Shown here in pieces: positions 10,901 to 23,700 of a DNA stretch of 64,000 bases. Origin of the DNA: Eledone cirrhosa. Taxonomy: Eukaryota. Numbering within the stretch: the first letter of the stretch is position 1; each line of letters starts with the position of its first letter. The notes below the pieces were generated by a model, which saw only the letters and a list, made by a program, of their open reading frames with translations, was not told the origin of the DNA and ran no database searches. The translations under genes and the position numbers were made by a program. The stretch is from NCBI GenBank assembly GCA_964016885.1, contig OZ024758.1, forward strand, positions 14,136,001 to 14,200,000. The letters run 5' to 3'.

Positions 10901-13900
10901 CCTACTTCTATTGTCAAAATATCTTGTTTAGAAATAAACACACTGTCTTTATAATTATTGTATTACATTTTATGCTCCTCTGATAGCAAATGACAGAAGC
11001 TGCTACAATTGACAAATTCCCACAGATGGTCACCGAAATTCAAAATATTTTTACAGAAGTGCAGCAGAAAGTTAACATGTTAGCAAATGAAGTTTCACTT
11101 TCAAAGCTCCCAGCTGGTGAGTTCATTGGATTTTGATTTGTGATGTGGGACATTCTTTTCTTGTTTATTAGGAGTGTACAGATTCCCCAAAGTATAGGGA
11201 GTTTTATTGTAGACTAGCAAATTACATGGATGGAAGCTGGCCTTTACTTTAGATTGAGAACACCTCTCTTACATAGCCAAAAAATTTATATATATTGCTC
11301 CTTTTAAACCGACTGAATCTGGTCAGAATATTTTCACCTCTTTCTGTTCAAACCGGTTGTAACCAGCCACCCGTACTGTTGTTAAGGTATTGTTCTCAAA
11401 ATAAATATCAAAATCTCATATATTTGATATTATGTGAGATAAAGCCTTTACAATGAAAATATAGTATATGTAGAGTAATGTAAATGCTAAAAGGTTAATG
11501 TTTTGTTTCATAGATGTCTGTCAAGCAATGATACAACAACATATTTCTAATGCTGCTGATAATATGAACATGCAGCTGTATCGGACCATGCAATCTCGTT
11601 TGCTATCAAATCAAAAGGATTCTAAGGTAACCAAATTTTTTTGTTTTTTGTTTTTAACAGAATATTTCACATAAGTTTGAGTAGGTTGTTTCTTGTTTTT
11701 GTTCCCCACCTTGTAACCTGAAACTTCAGCTCTATGCACGGCAGTGCTTTGGGATTGCTGGCTTGGGATGACTCCAGCCTCGTTGAGGAAGAGAAAGAAG
11801 AACCTCTTGGAATTTGGACAAACAAATAGTTGTAAACACTAATCCCAATAATGTGCCACTCAATATAAAATAGTGGTCAGCAATCTTAGCAATCACCGAC
11901 ATTTGTGAACAGGTACAAGTTGCTGAGTCAGAGATGGTATGATTGACTTGCCTGTATATATCTCCAGATGTTGTTAGTTATTTTCATCAGAATTGGTGAG
12001 TGTGGCATATGATGCAAAAATATACCAGCATGCCACATTTTCATACCACAGCAAATTTAACCCAAGGATAATTTCGCTATATATATGTAGTGTATGTATA
12101 TATATATATCTATGTATATTATGTGTGTACACACACACTATATTTCTATACTCTATAAATAGAAAGATCACTGATGAATGTGACTGTTTTAAAACAAAAG
12201 CTTACATTTTAAGTTATCTTTCAGATATCACAAATTGTTACATCTCTTTGCTGGCCTAGTGAGGGTCTGTGAAACATATATATACACGAGGTCTAAACAC
12301 AAAGGAACTAGACTCCCAGTCACTGCCTCCGTCTCTCACTATTATGAACAATTGGGGGCCCAATTGTGAAACGGGTTTTAGTCAACATTTACAGCTGTCT
12401 ATACACACAATGTACCAGTAGTTTATATTTGTATGGAAAAAATGAATGCATATGGCTTGTTGATTGATTTAACCCTTTAGCATTTAAACTGGCCATATCT
12501 GGCCAGAATTCTCTCGCCTCTTTCTGTTCAAACTGGCTGCTCATCCTTATGTTAAGGTATTATTCTCAAAATAAATAGTATCAATCTTATAGATTTGATA
12601 TTATGTGAGATAATTATGTGAAATAGTCTTTACTGTGAAAATACAATAGTAAATATAGAGTAATGTAAATGCCAAAGGGTTAAAGTTGTTGGTTCCTGTT
12701 GCACGTCTGTTTGTTTTCCCCAGACCCATCGACAATATTCAGTTGAAGATGAACCAATTCCAATGATTGAAGATACTCATACTCACGCCTTGGCTGTCGT
12801 CGAAGATAAAATATGTCAAACAGAACTGTCATACGAGAAATGTCAATGTTCAATGATGATTCAACGTAAAGATCAAAGTTGTCAAACAGAATTACCGTTT
12901 CAGACATGTTTTCAAGATACACATAGCCCAGGTGATGGAATTAATGCTAGTTCTATAAATTTCCAAAATTTTCATCCAAATTCTGAATCTTCTCCTGATA
13001 CTGCTACTTCTGGAAAGGAAGATTTGAAATACTATTCTGGAAATGATTTTGAAAGCACCCTATCCGGATCTTTTACCACTTCAAAAAGGTCATCAAATTT
13101 TCCCCGGTTTATGCCACCTTTTTCTAATGAGAATCCCTGTTTTGAAAACGTGAAATATTCATCAAAATTCTATACTATTTTGAATCAGTTGGAAAGTTAC
13201 CATCATCTTACTTCAGTTTGCGCTGAACAATTTCTTGAAGTGTGGGAAGATATGGAACAACAGGTAAGGCTGATATATAATTTTTTTTTCACCTCATAAT
13301 ATTTAACCCTTTAGCATTTAAACTGGCCATATCCAGTCAGAATTCTCTGTTCTTTCTGTTCAAACCGGCTATAACTGGCTATTCATACTAATGTTAAGGT
13401 ATTGTCCTCAAAATAAATATCAAAATCTCATAGATTCGATATTGTGAGCTAAAGCCTTTACTATGAAAATACAATAGCAAAATATAGAGTAATGTAAATG
13501 CTAAAGGGTTAACATCAATTGCCATAGTGGTAGTAAATGTAGTTGTGCCAAACACCTTCCAAATGTATCTCTGATTTAGGTTCAATTTATAGTGTTCTTT
13601 TTTCACTCCCTGTCGACAGATTCCAATGTATTTACCTTACAGAAGTTGTTCCTCTGTATATATTCATTATACAAGGTGGTGGATTGACAGTATCAGGAGA
13701 GCATCAGACAACGTGCTTTGCAGCATAGTTATGGCCCTTTACGTTCTGAATTCAAATCCAGCAGAATTTAACATTGCCTTTCATCCTTACTAGGTCTATA
13801 AAATAAAGCATCAGTAATTGCTGGCCTTGTGCCAAGAGTAGAAACAATTTTATTCACTATACAAGCCATAGACAATACATTAAGACAGCAGTTATGGGCC

Positions 13901-16900
13901 AGAAGCTGAAGTATGGTGAATGGCTCCATACCAATCTACACCTTATACTTAAAACAAATAACTGTATTCATCTTTTTGTTGGGATTTTTATTTATGGAGG
14001 AGGCTGGTAGTTGTAGGGATTACCTGGATTTGTTTATTTTGTCTTTGTATTTCCTTTCTTGAGAGGGTCTGAGTTGATTAGAGAAAGCAAAATATAACAT
14101 TGTAAATGTGAAATAAAATAGGAAGAATGTGACATAGAAACTTATTTTAAAATAAGCTTCAGTTAAAATATATTTTCAATTTTTGTTAAGTCTTTGAATA
14201 TGAAGAAAAGTAAAAAATCAGATGCTGAATTAGTATCCCGATATAAACAGGAGATGGCTCTAAGGAAAAAATACCATAATGAACTAATGAACATCAAAGG
14301 TAAATTGTAAACTTTTCTTAACTCTTTCATGACTATGAAATAGTCTATTTTAATTAATGAAGAATTATGAGGGATTTACTAAAATTTCATCCTTATGGGG
14401 TCGATAAAATAAAGTACCAATAATACACTGAGTAATTGCTGGCCTTGTGCCAAAAGTAGAAACAATTATTAAGATAGTAACTTAATGTAAGGTTATTAAC
14501 CCTTTCATGACAACATTTTTAAGAAATAGTCTATTTTAATTAATTAATGAAGAATTAACTAAAATTATTAATTTCATTACTAAGATAGTAATTTATTAAC
14601 CCTTGCATGACTCCATTTCTAATGAAATAGTCACTGGAACTGCTACCAATATTTAGATGACACACATGTATTTACAAATAGAAAAAGAAAAAATTCTTTG
14701 TCTAATAATGAAGTCTTTTTGATGGAATTCTAAATAAACAGTATGTTTATTTTCATAGGTAACATTCGAATATTTTGTCGTATTCGACCATCAAATCCAG
14801 ATATAGAAGAACCGAGTGAAAATTGTGTATGTACTAACCCGGACTTTAAAGATGTTGTGCTTGTAAAACATAAAAAAAGGATAATTAATTTTGAATTGAA
14901 TTTGGTTTTTCCTCAAGACAGTACCCAATCCGAGGTAAGATATTTTTTTTATTTCAACAAATACTCTTTAAAGAAATTCTTCATTACAGGTGTAATTTCT
15001 TTTCTTTTTAAATTGCAACCAAAAAGATTTGAGAGTGAATAATTTTAAGTGTTGGCTGTAAGGTGACGTTTATTTTTGGATTGTAAGGATTCAGATCTGG
15101 GAATTGATCAAGATCCCAGATTTCACTAGCTTACTGAGAGGGTTAAAACTTGTCAAATCGGACCAAAGAATCAATGTTTCCATTGCTGAAAGAGCAACAT
15201 GAAATAAAGTGTTTTGCTCAGATATAACACAATACCCAGTCCAGGAATTGAATTCACCTCAAGATTGCGAGTCAATTCCTGGGCTGGACCACTAAGCCTT
15301 GAGCCTTCACTCCTTCATTTTTGTCTGCTATTCTATGCTGGCATAGGACGGACGGACTTGAATGTAAATAATTATGTGCATGTCTCAATTTCTCAAATTT
15401 TTTTTTTTTTTTTTTTTTTTTAAATCAAGGTATTTGAAGAGGTGAAATCCTTGATTACCTCATGTGTAGATGGCTTTAATGTCTGTATTGTGGCTTATGG
15501 CCAGACTGGATCTGGAAAAACTTACACTATGGAAGTAAGTAGGATTTTAAAAAAAATTTATTTCTGTTATATTGAGTCATGTTTGAGATTCTTTCATTGA
15601 AACATGGTTAATTTTTTTTTTTAATTTAGGGCACTCTGACTGATCCAGGGATCAACCCAAGGGCTCTTGATGAATTATTCAAAGAAATTTCTGCCAAAGA
15701 CGATTGGATTTATTCTGTTTATGTCAGCGTAGTTGAAATATATAACGAACAAATCCGGTAAGTTCAAAGCATGTCATTTAGTAGACAATTATTAATGATA
15801 AATGTTTACTTGACGAACTAGTTGTTAGAGTACCAGACAAATGTGATCAGGACTCAAATGGTTGACTAACTTTCTGAACATAAAATAAGGGAATAAGTTC
15901 TGAATTTCTACATAGTTTAACCTTTTAGCATTTACATTACTCTATATTTACTATCTTACATAATATCGAATCTGAGGTTTTGATATTATTTATTTTGAGA
16001 TCAATGCCTTATCAGTATAAGCAGCTGATTACAGCCAGTTTGAACAGAGGTGAGAGAATTCTGACCAGTTATGGCCAGTAACCCTTTAGCATTTGCATTA
16101 CTCTATATATATATATATATACTATTGTATTTTCATGGTAAAGGCTTTCTCACATATCAAAATCTATGAGATTTTGATAACCAAACCTCAACATCAGTAT
16201 GAGTAGCCGGTTATAACTGGTTTGAACAGAGAGAGGTGAGAATTCTGGCCGGATATGGCTGGTTTAAATGAATTTTGTTTCTTCTTTGATCTCTTTTCAT
16301 TTTGGAACAAATTCTAAAGGGTTGAAAGGAAAATGTAACTTCCATAGCTGAAACTATAGAAAGTGATTCAATAATTTATCTATTCAATTACCACAGTTAT
16401 ATAGAAGTGTATTGGCTTGTCTGGGAGACTGTAGATCAGTAGCCACTGCTTCAGTACTGACTTGGTCTATGTAGACCTGTCCAACCTTTGCTAACAAGGA
16501 ATGCAGGTGTTAAAATGACAATGATGCATTGATAATCAATTTTTTTATCTTTATAACTTTGAAGAGTATATATATTATTATTTATAAAAAGGGCAGTGGT
16601 TTGGCAGAGCGTCAGACACCATGCTTTGTAGAGTTATGGCCCTTTATGTTCTGAGTTCAAATCCCACTGAGGTTAACTTTGCCTTTCATCCTTACAGGGT
16701 TGAAAAAAATAAAGCACCAGGATAATTGCTAGCCTTGTGCCAAAAGTAGAAACATTCTTTATAAATATCAACTTTAGAAAACTATCTCTTTCATTTTCCT
16801 TATCACAGGATATATTTTTTATTCCATTATCATACAGTAGCATTTTGACAATGGTCTGAGAGATACACTGAAGAGAATGTCTTACTCAAAGGCATAACAT

Positions 16901-19900
16901 TATAGCATTCATCTAATGGTAGATTTATCAAAAAAATATGGCCATCTAATGCAAGTTTGTTTTTTCGTTTCTAATTCAGAGACCTCCTAAGTACTGAAAA
17001 AAGCAAGCTTGAAGTATGGAACATCGAAGGGGATAATTTGATCCGCCAAAAAGTGAATTCAATGTTTGAAGTTAATGAGGTTAGTCATTTTTGTATCCAT
17101 AGATGTTCTTGAATATACTAATTGTAAATAGTGAATAGTAGAACCAGTATTGTAGAGAAAATACCTTGCAGTATTCTCTCCAACAATGTATAGATTTGTG
17201 TTCATGCCATAAAAATAATTAACATGGTAGATTGGCAGTATTAGGAGAGCATCAGACATGCTTAGTGGCATAATTGTGACCCTTTGTTTTGAGTTCAAAT
17301 CCCGCTGAGGTTAGCTTTGCCTTTCATCCTTATGGGGTCGATAAAATAAAGCAGTAATGCACTGGGGTCAATTTAATCGACTTTCCCCTCTCCCCAAATT
17401 GCTGGCCTTCTGCCTATAGTAGAATCAATTATTAGCACTAAGGACTCAATCTCTTAGATTGATGTGTAACATACACTATTAGCAGAAGGAAATAAGTGTC
17501 AAGTTACATGTTAACCCTTTAACATTTTCATTACTCTATATTTACTATTGTATTTTCATGGTAAAGGCTTTACCTTACATAATATCGAATCTGAGATTTT
17601 GATATTTTGAGAACAATACCTTAACATCAGTAAGATGCAACAATATTTCATGTTTTAATGAATTTTTTTTCTTTTTGATCTCTTTTCATTTTGGAATAAA
17701 TTCTGAAGATGTATTCAAGAGGGAAGAAGAACCGAGTGACAGCAGCAACAAATATCAATTCCAATTCATCTCGTTCTCACACGCTGCTGTTAGTAGAAGT
17801 GGAAGGAATAAATAAAATAACAAATACGAAAACCAAAGGTTTTTCATCTAGCTTTACTTTGTTTTTTGTACATACACACTCTTGGAAGGCTCGTTTAATT
17901 CATTAATCATAAGTATTTAGTTCTGATCACCCTGGTAATCAGGCCCTATAAAAATGTTTAGCAGGTGTATTTGACTGGTTGCTGGAGTGCCAGAGAGATT
18001 CATGAATATATGACAGCTACTTTTTAAAAAATCAATCATGTTTTGCTTTATAAAATTTCTGTCTTCTCTCTCTGAATTATCTTACCCACAGGAAGTCATC
18101 TTCCTCACTGATTACCATGTGTACACTCTAACCAGTTGGGTTTGAATTTTAATATGAATTTGATTGATTGATTGAGTGAGGAAACAACCAAAGCTGTGTC
18201 TCTTAATTATATACATATATATATTAGCTCAAGGAGACACGGAGAGGTACAAAGGGGAAAAAAAGTTTGATGTGTTGGGCTTTAGCCCTTCTTCAGTACA
18301 AAATAGACTGGAACATGAAGATATAAAAATTGAAGGTAGTCCAAGTAAACAATCTTGTACTACTGTCCAATTTAATTGGCTATTCCAAAATTTATCTTAA
18401 GTTAAATATTATTGTGATCTTTCAAAATTAAATATTATAATAGCAGCAGTTGTTGACAAACAAAATACTCCTATATTTATTTTCTGTAACTTTTCAGGGA
18501 AGCTATATTTAATTGATTTAGCTGGTTCTGAAAATGTTGAAAAGTCGGGAGTAGATGGTCAGCAACTGAAAGAAGCTGGATTCATCAACAAATCTTTAAG
18601 CACTTTTTGTGATGTTATTAATGCCATATTAATGAAGAAAGTGCACGTTCCATATCGTAACTCAAAGTTGACTCATCTTTTACAGGATTCTTTAGGTAAG
18701 TATAGGAAAATTGTTTAAAGCTTTTTTTTTTTTGTTTTCTCAGCAAGAATTTAGTGCATGCGAGTTTAACTTTAGGTGTGGCTTAGCTCCATGTCAGCCT
18801 TGATCATCATCATTTAATGCCCTTCTTCCACGCTAGCATGGGTTGGACGGGTTTGTCCCACTTGAGGCAAGATTGGTTGAATGACAGTGTCTCGCTCGTA
18901 CAGAACTGTATATATATATATATATATATATATAAATATAAATCATCGTTTAATGTCCATCTGCCAGGTTTTCTATGGCTGGATGCTCTTCCTAATGCCA
19001 ACCACATTTACAGTGTGGACTAGGTGCTTTTTTTTTTTTTTGTTGTCACCTACACAACCACTTTAGTGTGGGTTGGATGTTCTGTGGTACTAACATAACT
19101 TTACATATATATATGTGAAGGCATGTGGCGGAGTGGTTAAAAAATTGGATTCACAATCTTGAAGTTGTGAGTTTGATTCCTGTACTGGGTGATGTTATGT
19201 CCTTGAGCAAGACACTTTATTTCATGTTGCGCCTACCTGGAGTTGCAACCGACAGATAATATTAGTAATTGGAGAGACCAACGGAAACATTGTTTCCTCG
19301 GTCCGATTTGACGAAAGTATATGTATGGAGGCACATGGCTTAGTGGTTAGAGCATTGGCCTTGCAATCGAAAGGTTGTGAGTTCAATTCTCAGACCGAGT
19401 GATGTGTTGTTTCCTTGAGCAAGACACTTTATTTCACATTGCTCCAGTTTACTCAGCTGTAGAAATGAGATGATAGGGACTGGGGTCCCTATCATTCCAC
19501 TGTAAAGTGGACGTGGAGGTGCCATGGCAAAAAAAGCACCCAACACTCACTGTAAATGAGGTTGGTGTTAGGAAGGGCATCCAGCTGTAGAAATCGAGCC
19601 AGAATCAGTTCCTGTCCCACCCTTGCAAGCAGGGAAAAGCAGACATAAAATGATGATGATGATGATTTTTATCCTCTCAACTTGTGTATATTTTATGTTG
19701 CTGTTACAGGTGGAAATAGCAAAACCTTACTCATAACTCAAGTGTCTCCAGATTCCTCGCATCTTACTGAAACTCTTTGCACATTGCAATTTGCCCAACG
19801 ACTGCAGTCCATGCAGAATATCGCTCCAACAAGACCAAAAGACAAAGTAAAAGATACAGAAGTTAATAACATGGATGATCCATCGACCAGTTGTTACAAT

Positions 19901-20775
19901 TCAGTTAATTCTGAGGTATGTTTGTTTTACTTATGAAGCTGTAATAATATATTGGCATGTTGAGGTTGTGGCTTGATTAGTCTCCAGAGTTTCGGCTTCT
20001 TTCACAACACTAAATGATCAAATAAGAATTGTGAAGGACTTCTTCGTCCACTTGTTCCGGAGATATCACAGCTCCAGTAATGTGGACATGAGCTTAGAAT
20101 GTCCAAGGATTGCAGGACAGGTTTTACAGACAAAGCCAACCAACAGGAGTTAAACCAGGAGCAAGATGGTTGGATAACATTCAAAACTTTGACTGGTCTC
20201 ATTTGAAGATGGTTGCTTCCAATAGCACCCTCTAGAGGGCATGTCTGAAAACTCTGCCCTCACGACCCTCTTCGGAAAAGAAGCTATGACTCAATCAATT
20301 TGCTACCTTTTTTTTTATAATCCAATCTCTAACTTCAGTAACCTGAAGAGGAATGAGATTCACTAAATAGGTTTAGTGAGTGCACACTTGCTCTCTCCTC
20401 ATCTTGGTTATAGGGCATTCTTACCTTAAATGGAAGCAAATAAATTTTGAAATTTTATTCTAACTCTCTATATATATACTATTGTATTTTTGTGGTAATA
20501 CCTTAAAGCCAGTATGAGCAGCTAGTTACAGCCAGTTTGAACAGAGGTGAGAGAATTCTGGCTGGATATGGCCGGTTTAAATGCTAAAGGGTTAATTTAA
20601 AAGTTCAGTCAACTATTTCTAAAATTTTCACATTAAACTGTCAACTTTTTTTTTTCTCCCACAGAGGCCAAGATCTCAAGTTCTTCCAAGGACTCCACGC
20701 ATGGTTCCATTCGGTTCACTAACCACCACTTCATGTGGAGCAGTTAACAGATTTAAGCCTAAACACCGCCAATAA
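4937..20775 (+). CDS. KIFC3: Kinesin-14 family C-terminal motor protein, KIFC3-like (738 aa, 16 coding exons)
   Basis: Phase-consistent GT-AG exons: 4937-4941, 6270-6297, 9037-9124, 9597-9646, 10987-11116, 11514-11626, 12724-13263, 14191-14299, 14759-14934, 15430-15534, 15630-15757, 16980-17079, 17709-17838, 18498-18695, 19710-19915, 20665-20775 (2217 nt). Motifs: neck [24 protein letters not shown]-loop [43 protein letters not shown]. The first exons are less certain than the motor exons, and orthology to KIFC3 is an inference. Confidence 0.85.
5152..5300. mobile_element. hAT-like MITE
   Basis: TIRs cagtgccggattta / taaatccggcactg with an imperfect 8-bp TSD (actctgct / actctcgt). A partial related copy lies near 45090. 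Confidence 0.75.
8745..8965 (+). mobile_element. CR1-type LINE 3' UTR fragment
   Basis: Reverse complement of 1163-1280, ending in (TTA)n. Confidence 0.7.
10103..10278 (+). mobile_element. piggyBac-type MITE (TTAA-CCCT TIR family)
   Basis: TTAA + ccctttagcattta ... taaatgctaaaggg + TTAA. About 18 full or partial copies in the window. Confidence 0.85.
11300..11498 (+). mobile_element. piggyBac-type MITE, 5'-degenerate copy
   Basis: Same internal sequence; ends taaatgctaaaaggttaa, 15 nt before kinesin exon 6. Confidence 0.75.
12469..12683 (+). mobile_element. piggyBac-type MITE, full length
   Basis: Both TIRs and both TTAA ends present. Confidence 0.85.
13303..13512 (+). mobile_element. piggyBac-type MITE, full length
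   Basis: Both TIRs and both TTAA ends present. Confidence 0.85.
13675..13850 (+). mobile_element. tRNA-derived SINE (family B)
   Basis: B-box-like ttcaaatcc, then gcctttcatcc...aaataaagc...gctggccttgtgcc...agaaacaatt. Other copies at about 16590-16755, 17225-17432, 32100-32260, 46030-46203, 46855-47003, 47066-47263 and 62380-62592; inverted copies at 3350-3510, 28140-28215 and 49580-49750. Confidence 0.75.
15917..16323 (-). mobile_element. Two tandem piggyBac-type MITE copies in inverted orientation
   Basis: Two successive units begin ttaaccttttagcatttacattac (15917) and taaccctttagcatttgcattac (about 16078), opposite in orientation to the 10-13 kb copies. Confidence 0.75.
17225..17432 (+). 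mobile_element. tRNA-derived SINE (family B), near full length
   Basis: A-box-like tggcagtattagg, B-box gagttcaaatccc, then the conserved body and tail. Confidence 0.75.
19117..19665 (+). mobile_element. Cluster of tRNA-derived SINEs (family C heads, (ATG)n tail)
   Basis: Two tRNA-like heads (ggcatgtggcggagtggtt; ggcacatggcttagtggttagagc), each followed by ccttgagcaagacactttatttca. Related copies at 34695-34850 and 45515-45790. Confidence 0.7.
20463..20595 (-). mobile_element. piggyBac-type MITE, partial inverted copy
   Basis: Ends ggtttaaatgctaaagggttaa. Further copies at about 17511-17633, 21030-21187, 21527-21660, 22120-22230 and 23320-23454. Confidence 0.75.
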
Positions 20776-23700
20776 TGTTTCGATTGCATCAGCTTTATAT
20801 TATTTAAATAATATATTTTGTCAAGCTATCATATATTTTTTTTGCTTTGATTACATTCGTGTATGTATATAGATCTGATGAATTATTTAAAAATATATTT
20901 TCATTTTGTTTTAATTACTCGGTAAATAAAATAAATAAAATCAAACCTTTTTGCGTTAATGTAATATATCAGTATTTTCTATTCGCCATAATTGCATTGA
21001 ATATTTATGTATTGGCATCACCATTGACCATTTAAACCAAACATATCCAGCCAGAATTCCTTCACCTCTTTCTATTCAAAGTGGCTGTAACCAATCACTC
21101 ATACTTATGTTAAGGCATTGTTCTCAAAATATCTCGGATTCGATAAAGCCTTTACCAAAAAAATATAATAGTAACTGTAGAGTAATGTCTTTTTCCATGC
21201 TGGCATGTAATCCATGAGTTGTCCTGCTGAGCAAGTGACTATCTTGCTCATACAGAATTGATTTGGGCTTGGTTTCTACAGCTGGATGTCCTTCCTAGCA
21301 CCAACTTCTTAGCTTGTAACAGAAATAGTAATGGGGTTGATATTACTAAGACAACATAAGTGGTAAACCAGCATGACCAGTCCAATGAGAGAACCTAGTA
21401 AAAGAATTGTTGATGCTAACTTCTTGATCAAGGAGAACCAGCTTTACTACAAATTCTAGAATGTCATTCATCATTATCATAGTTTACATAACCATTGAAT
21501 GAAATCCATACTTAAGAGAAAAATAGTTTAACCCTTTAAACTGGCTGTATCCACTCACCTCTTTCTGTTCATACTGATGTTAAGGTATTGTCCTCAAATA
21601 ACATCAATCTTGTAGATTCGATATTATGTGAGATAAATAAAGCCTTTACCACAAAAATACATTACTAGAAATCCTCATACGTTGTAGATGGGTTGAGGTC
21701 TCTATGTAAACTAAACGACTAAGTGATGAATGGAACTTTAGTATTTGCTGCTGCAGACCTAATTTCCTTGGGTGTTAACTGCTTTGTGAAATATGAGCTG
21801 CTTATTGTCCAGCATATGAAGGATATTACACTCTGACATCCTCCCTAATACTGGTGCCAGCTTTTGGCTTGTCTGAGTGGTCAATGGTTCTGATTTGGTT
21901 TGACAAACCATCCAACCTTTGCTAGCTAGAAAATAACTTTTTCCCAGTTTTGTCTGGGTTGGAGCCACAAAATGCACCCAGTACAAACCAAAATGTGACA
22001 AAAGAAAACCAATAGGGAAACTAATCAACTATATACTTTGTAAATAGAGATGGTGTCTCTCTGAGTAGTATATTACAAGAAAGACCAGTAAATAACTACG
22101 GTGTTCTAATTCAAGTATCAACCCTTTAGCATTTACATTACTCTATAGTTACTACTGTATTTTCATGGTAAATACTTTCTTGCATATCTATTTTGAGAAT
22201 ATCTTAACATAAGTATGAGCAGCCAGTTTAAATAACATTTACCTTAAGACTCACTGGAGAAATAGGGTTCTGAAAGTGTTTTACAACAGGTCTACAAATG
22301 AAGCTGTTCACTAAAAAGTTTAACATGCTGGTTAGTGTACATCAGATCTCTCCTGTTTATTACCCCACCTATAAAACGCATGAATGAGGAAGTGGCTATC
22401 CCCAAAAAGCACTAGGACATTCTATTTCTAAAGTTGGATGCCCTTTCTAACATCACACAGTGAACTAGATGTATTTTATGACAACATACAGCCTAATGCT
22501 CAGTGGTTAGACATGTGAAAATCTCTATCTTACATGTAGTTTGGTGTCAGGACAGGCATCTGACCCAAGCCAGCCAATTCTAACGGAGTATTAGTGTCGA
22601 CTGAATCAAGTTTAACGGGAAAAGATTTTAGCATTTAACAACTCCCATTTTCTCTTAATTGAATGAATACCCAGACCAAGCTAATTAGCAAGAGTTTATC
22701 TACAGCTTACTCAAGGTAATGATATAAATTTTAGAATTTTTTTTGATCCTATTAATACAGCTAGCAGCAAAACCACCCGAAGGGTGGGTTTTCTGCTAGC
22801 ATGTGTAGTGTGTATAATTGCTGCAGGAATGCTACCACTTAAAATAAAAATTAATAAGCGAAGGGGCATACGAATATTCGAGACCGGAGAGGTCTAATAT
22901 TCTAATATTTCTTTCTTTTAGAATAGTATAACACTTTCAAGTTCTTTCAAGTACTTCTATCGTGTCTCCTCTTAAGTTGTAATTCCAAGGTTTTTACTTT
23001 ACAACTTTCTTAGAAAAAAATTTTTTTTTTAAACTGATATTTTTCATTGCTATTTAGATTCTTTCAACATTTTCTGTCCCTTCAGAAGGTCACTAAGCAT
23101 ATATTACATATTGGCAGTGGGAGTCACACATGTTCTTTATATAAAAGAATGTTTTATTATTTGACTTGCTGTTTTCCTTATTTCTGGAACATCAGTTATC
23201 TTTTAAATTAGAACATACATATCCACAGCATCCATTCCTTGGACAGCTCCCCTAGTCTATTTAGAGATCCAGAAATTATATATAGACAGTCCAGTTATAA
23301 ATGAGCTATTTCAGTTTTCTTAACTCATTTAGCATTTAAACTGGCTGCTCATACTGATAAGGTATTGTTTTCAAAATAGATTCGATACTATGTGAGATAA
23401 AGCCACTACAGTGAAAATACAATAGTATATATAATGTAAATGCTATAGGGTTAAGGTAATTCTCGAACAAAATCAGCGCAACAGATTTCAATGGAGGTTA
23501 TTGTCTAGTCAAAGTGCCTCAAAGTGGGACAGAACCAAGGACCACATGATTACAAAGCGAACCATCCAGCCATGCTGCATATATATCTCTCACATACATA
23601 CAGTATAGATAAAATTGACCTGTTAATATGATTGGATTACAGGGTACTTCAAAAACCAGTATCTTTCACATTTATTTCTAAGTAGTGACAAGTTTTTATA

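Noticed and set aside
19325-19400. tRNA-like sequences (also near 45515 and 47066)
   Set aside because: These are SINE heads: A/B boxes run into SINE bodies and no complete cloverleaf is evident.
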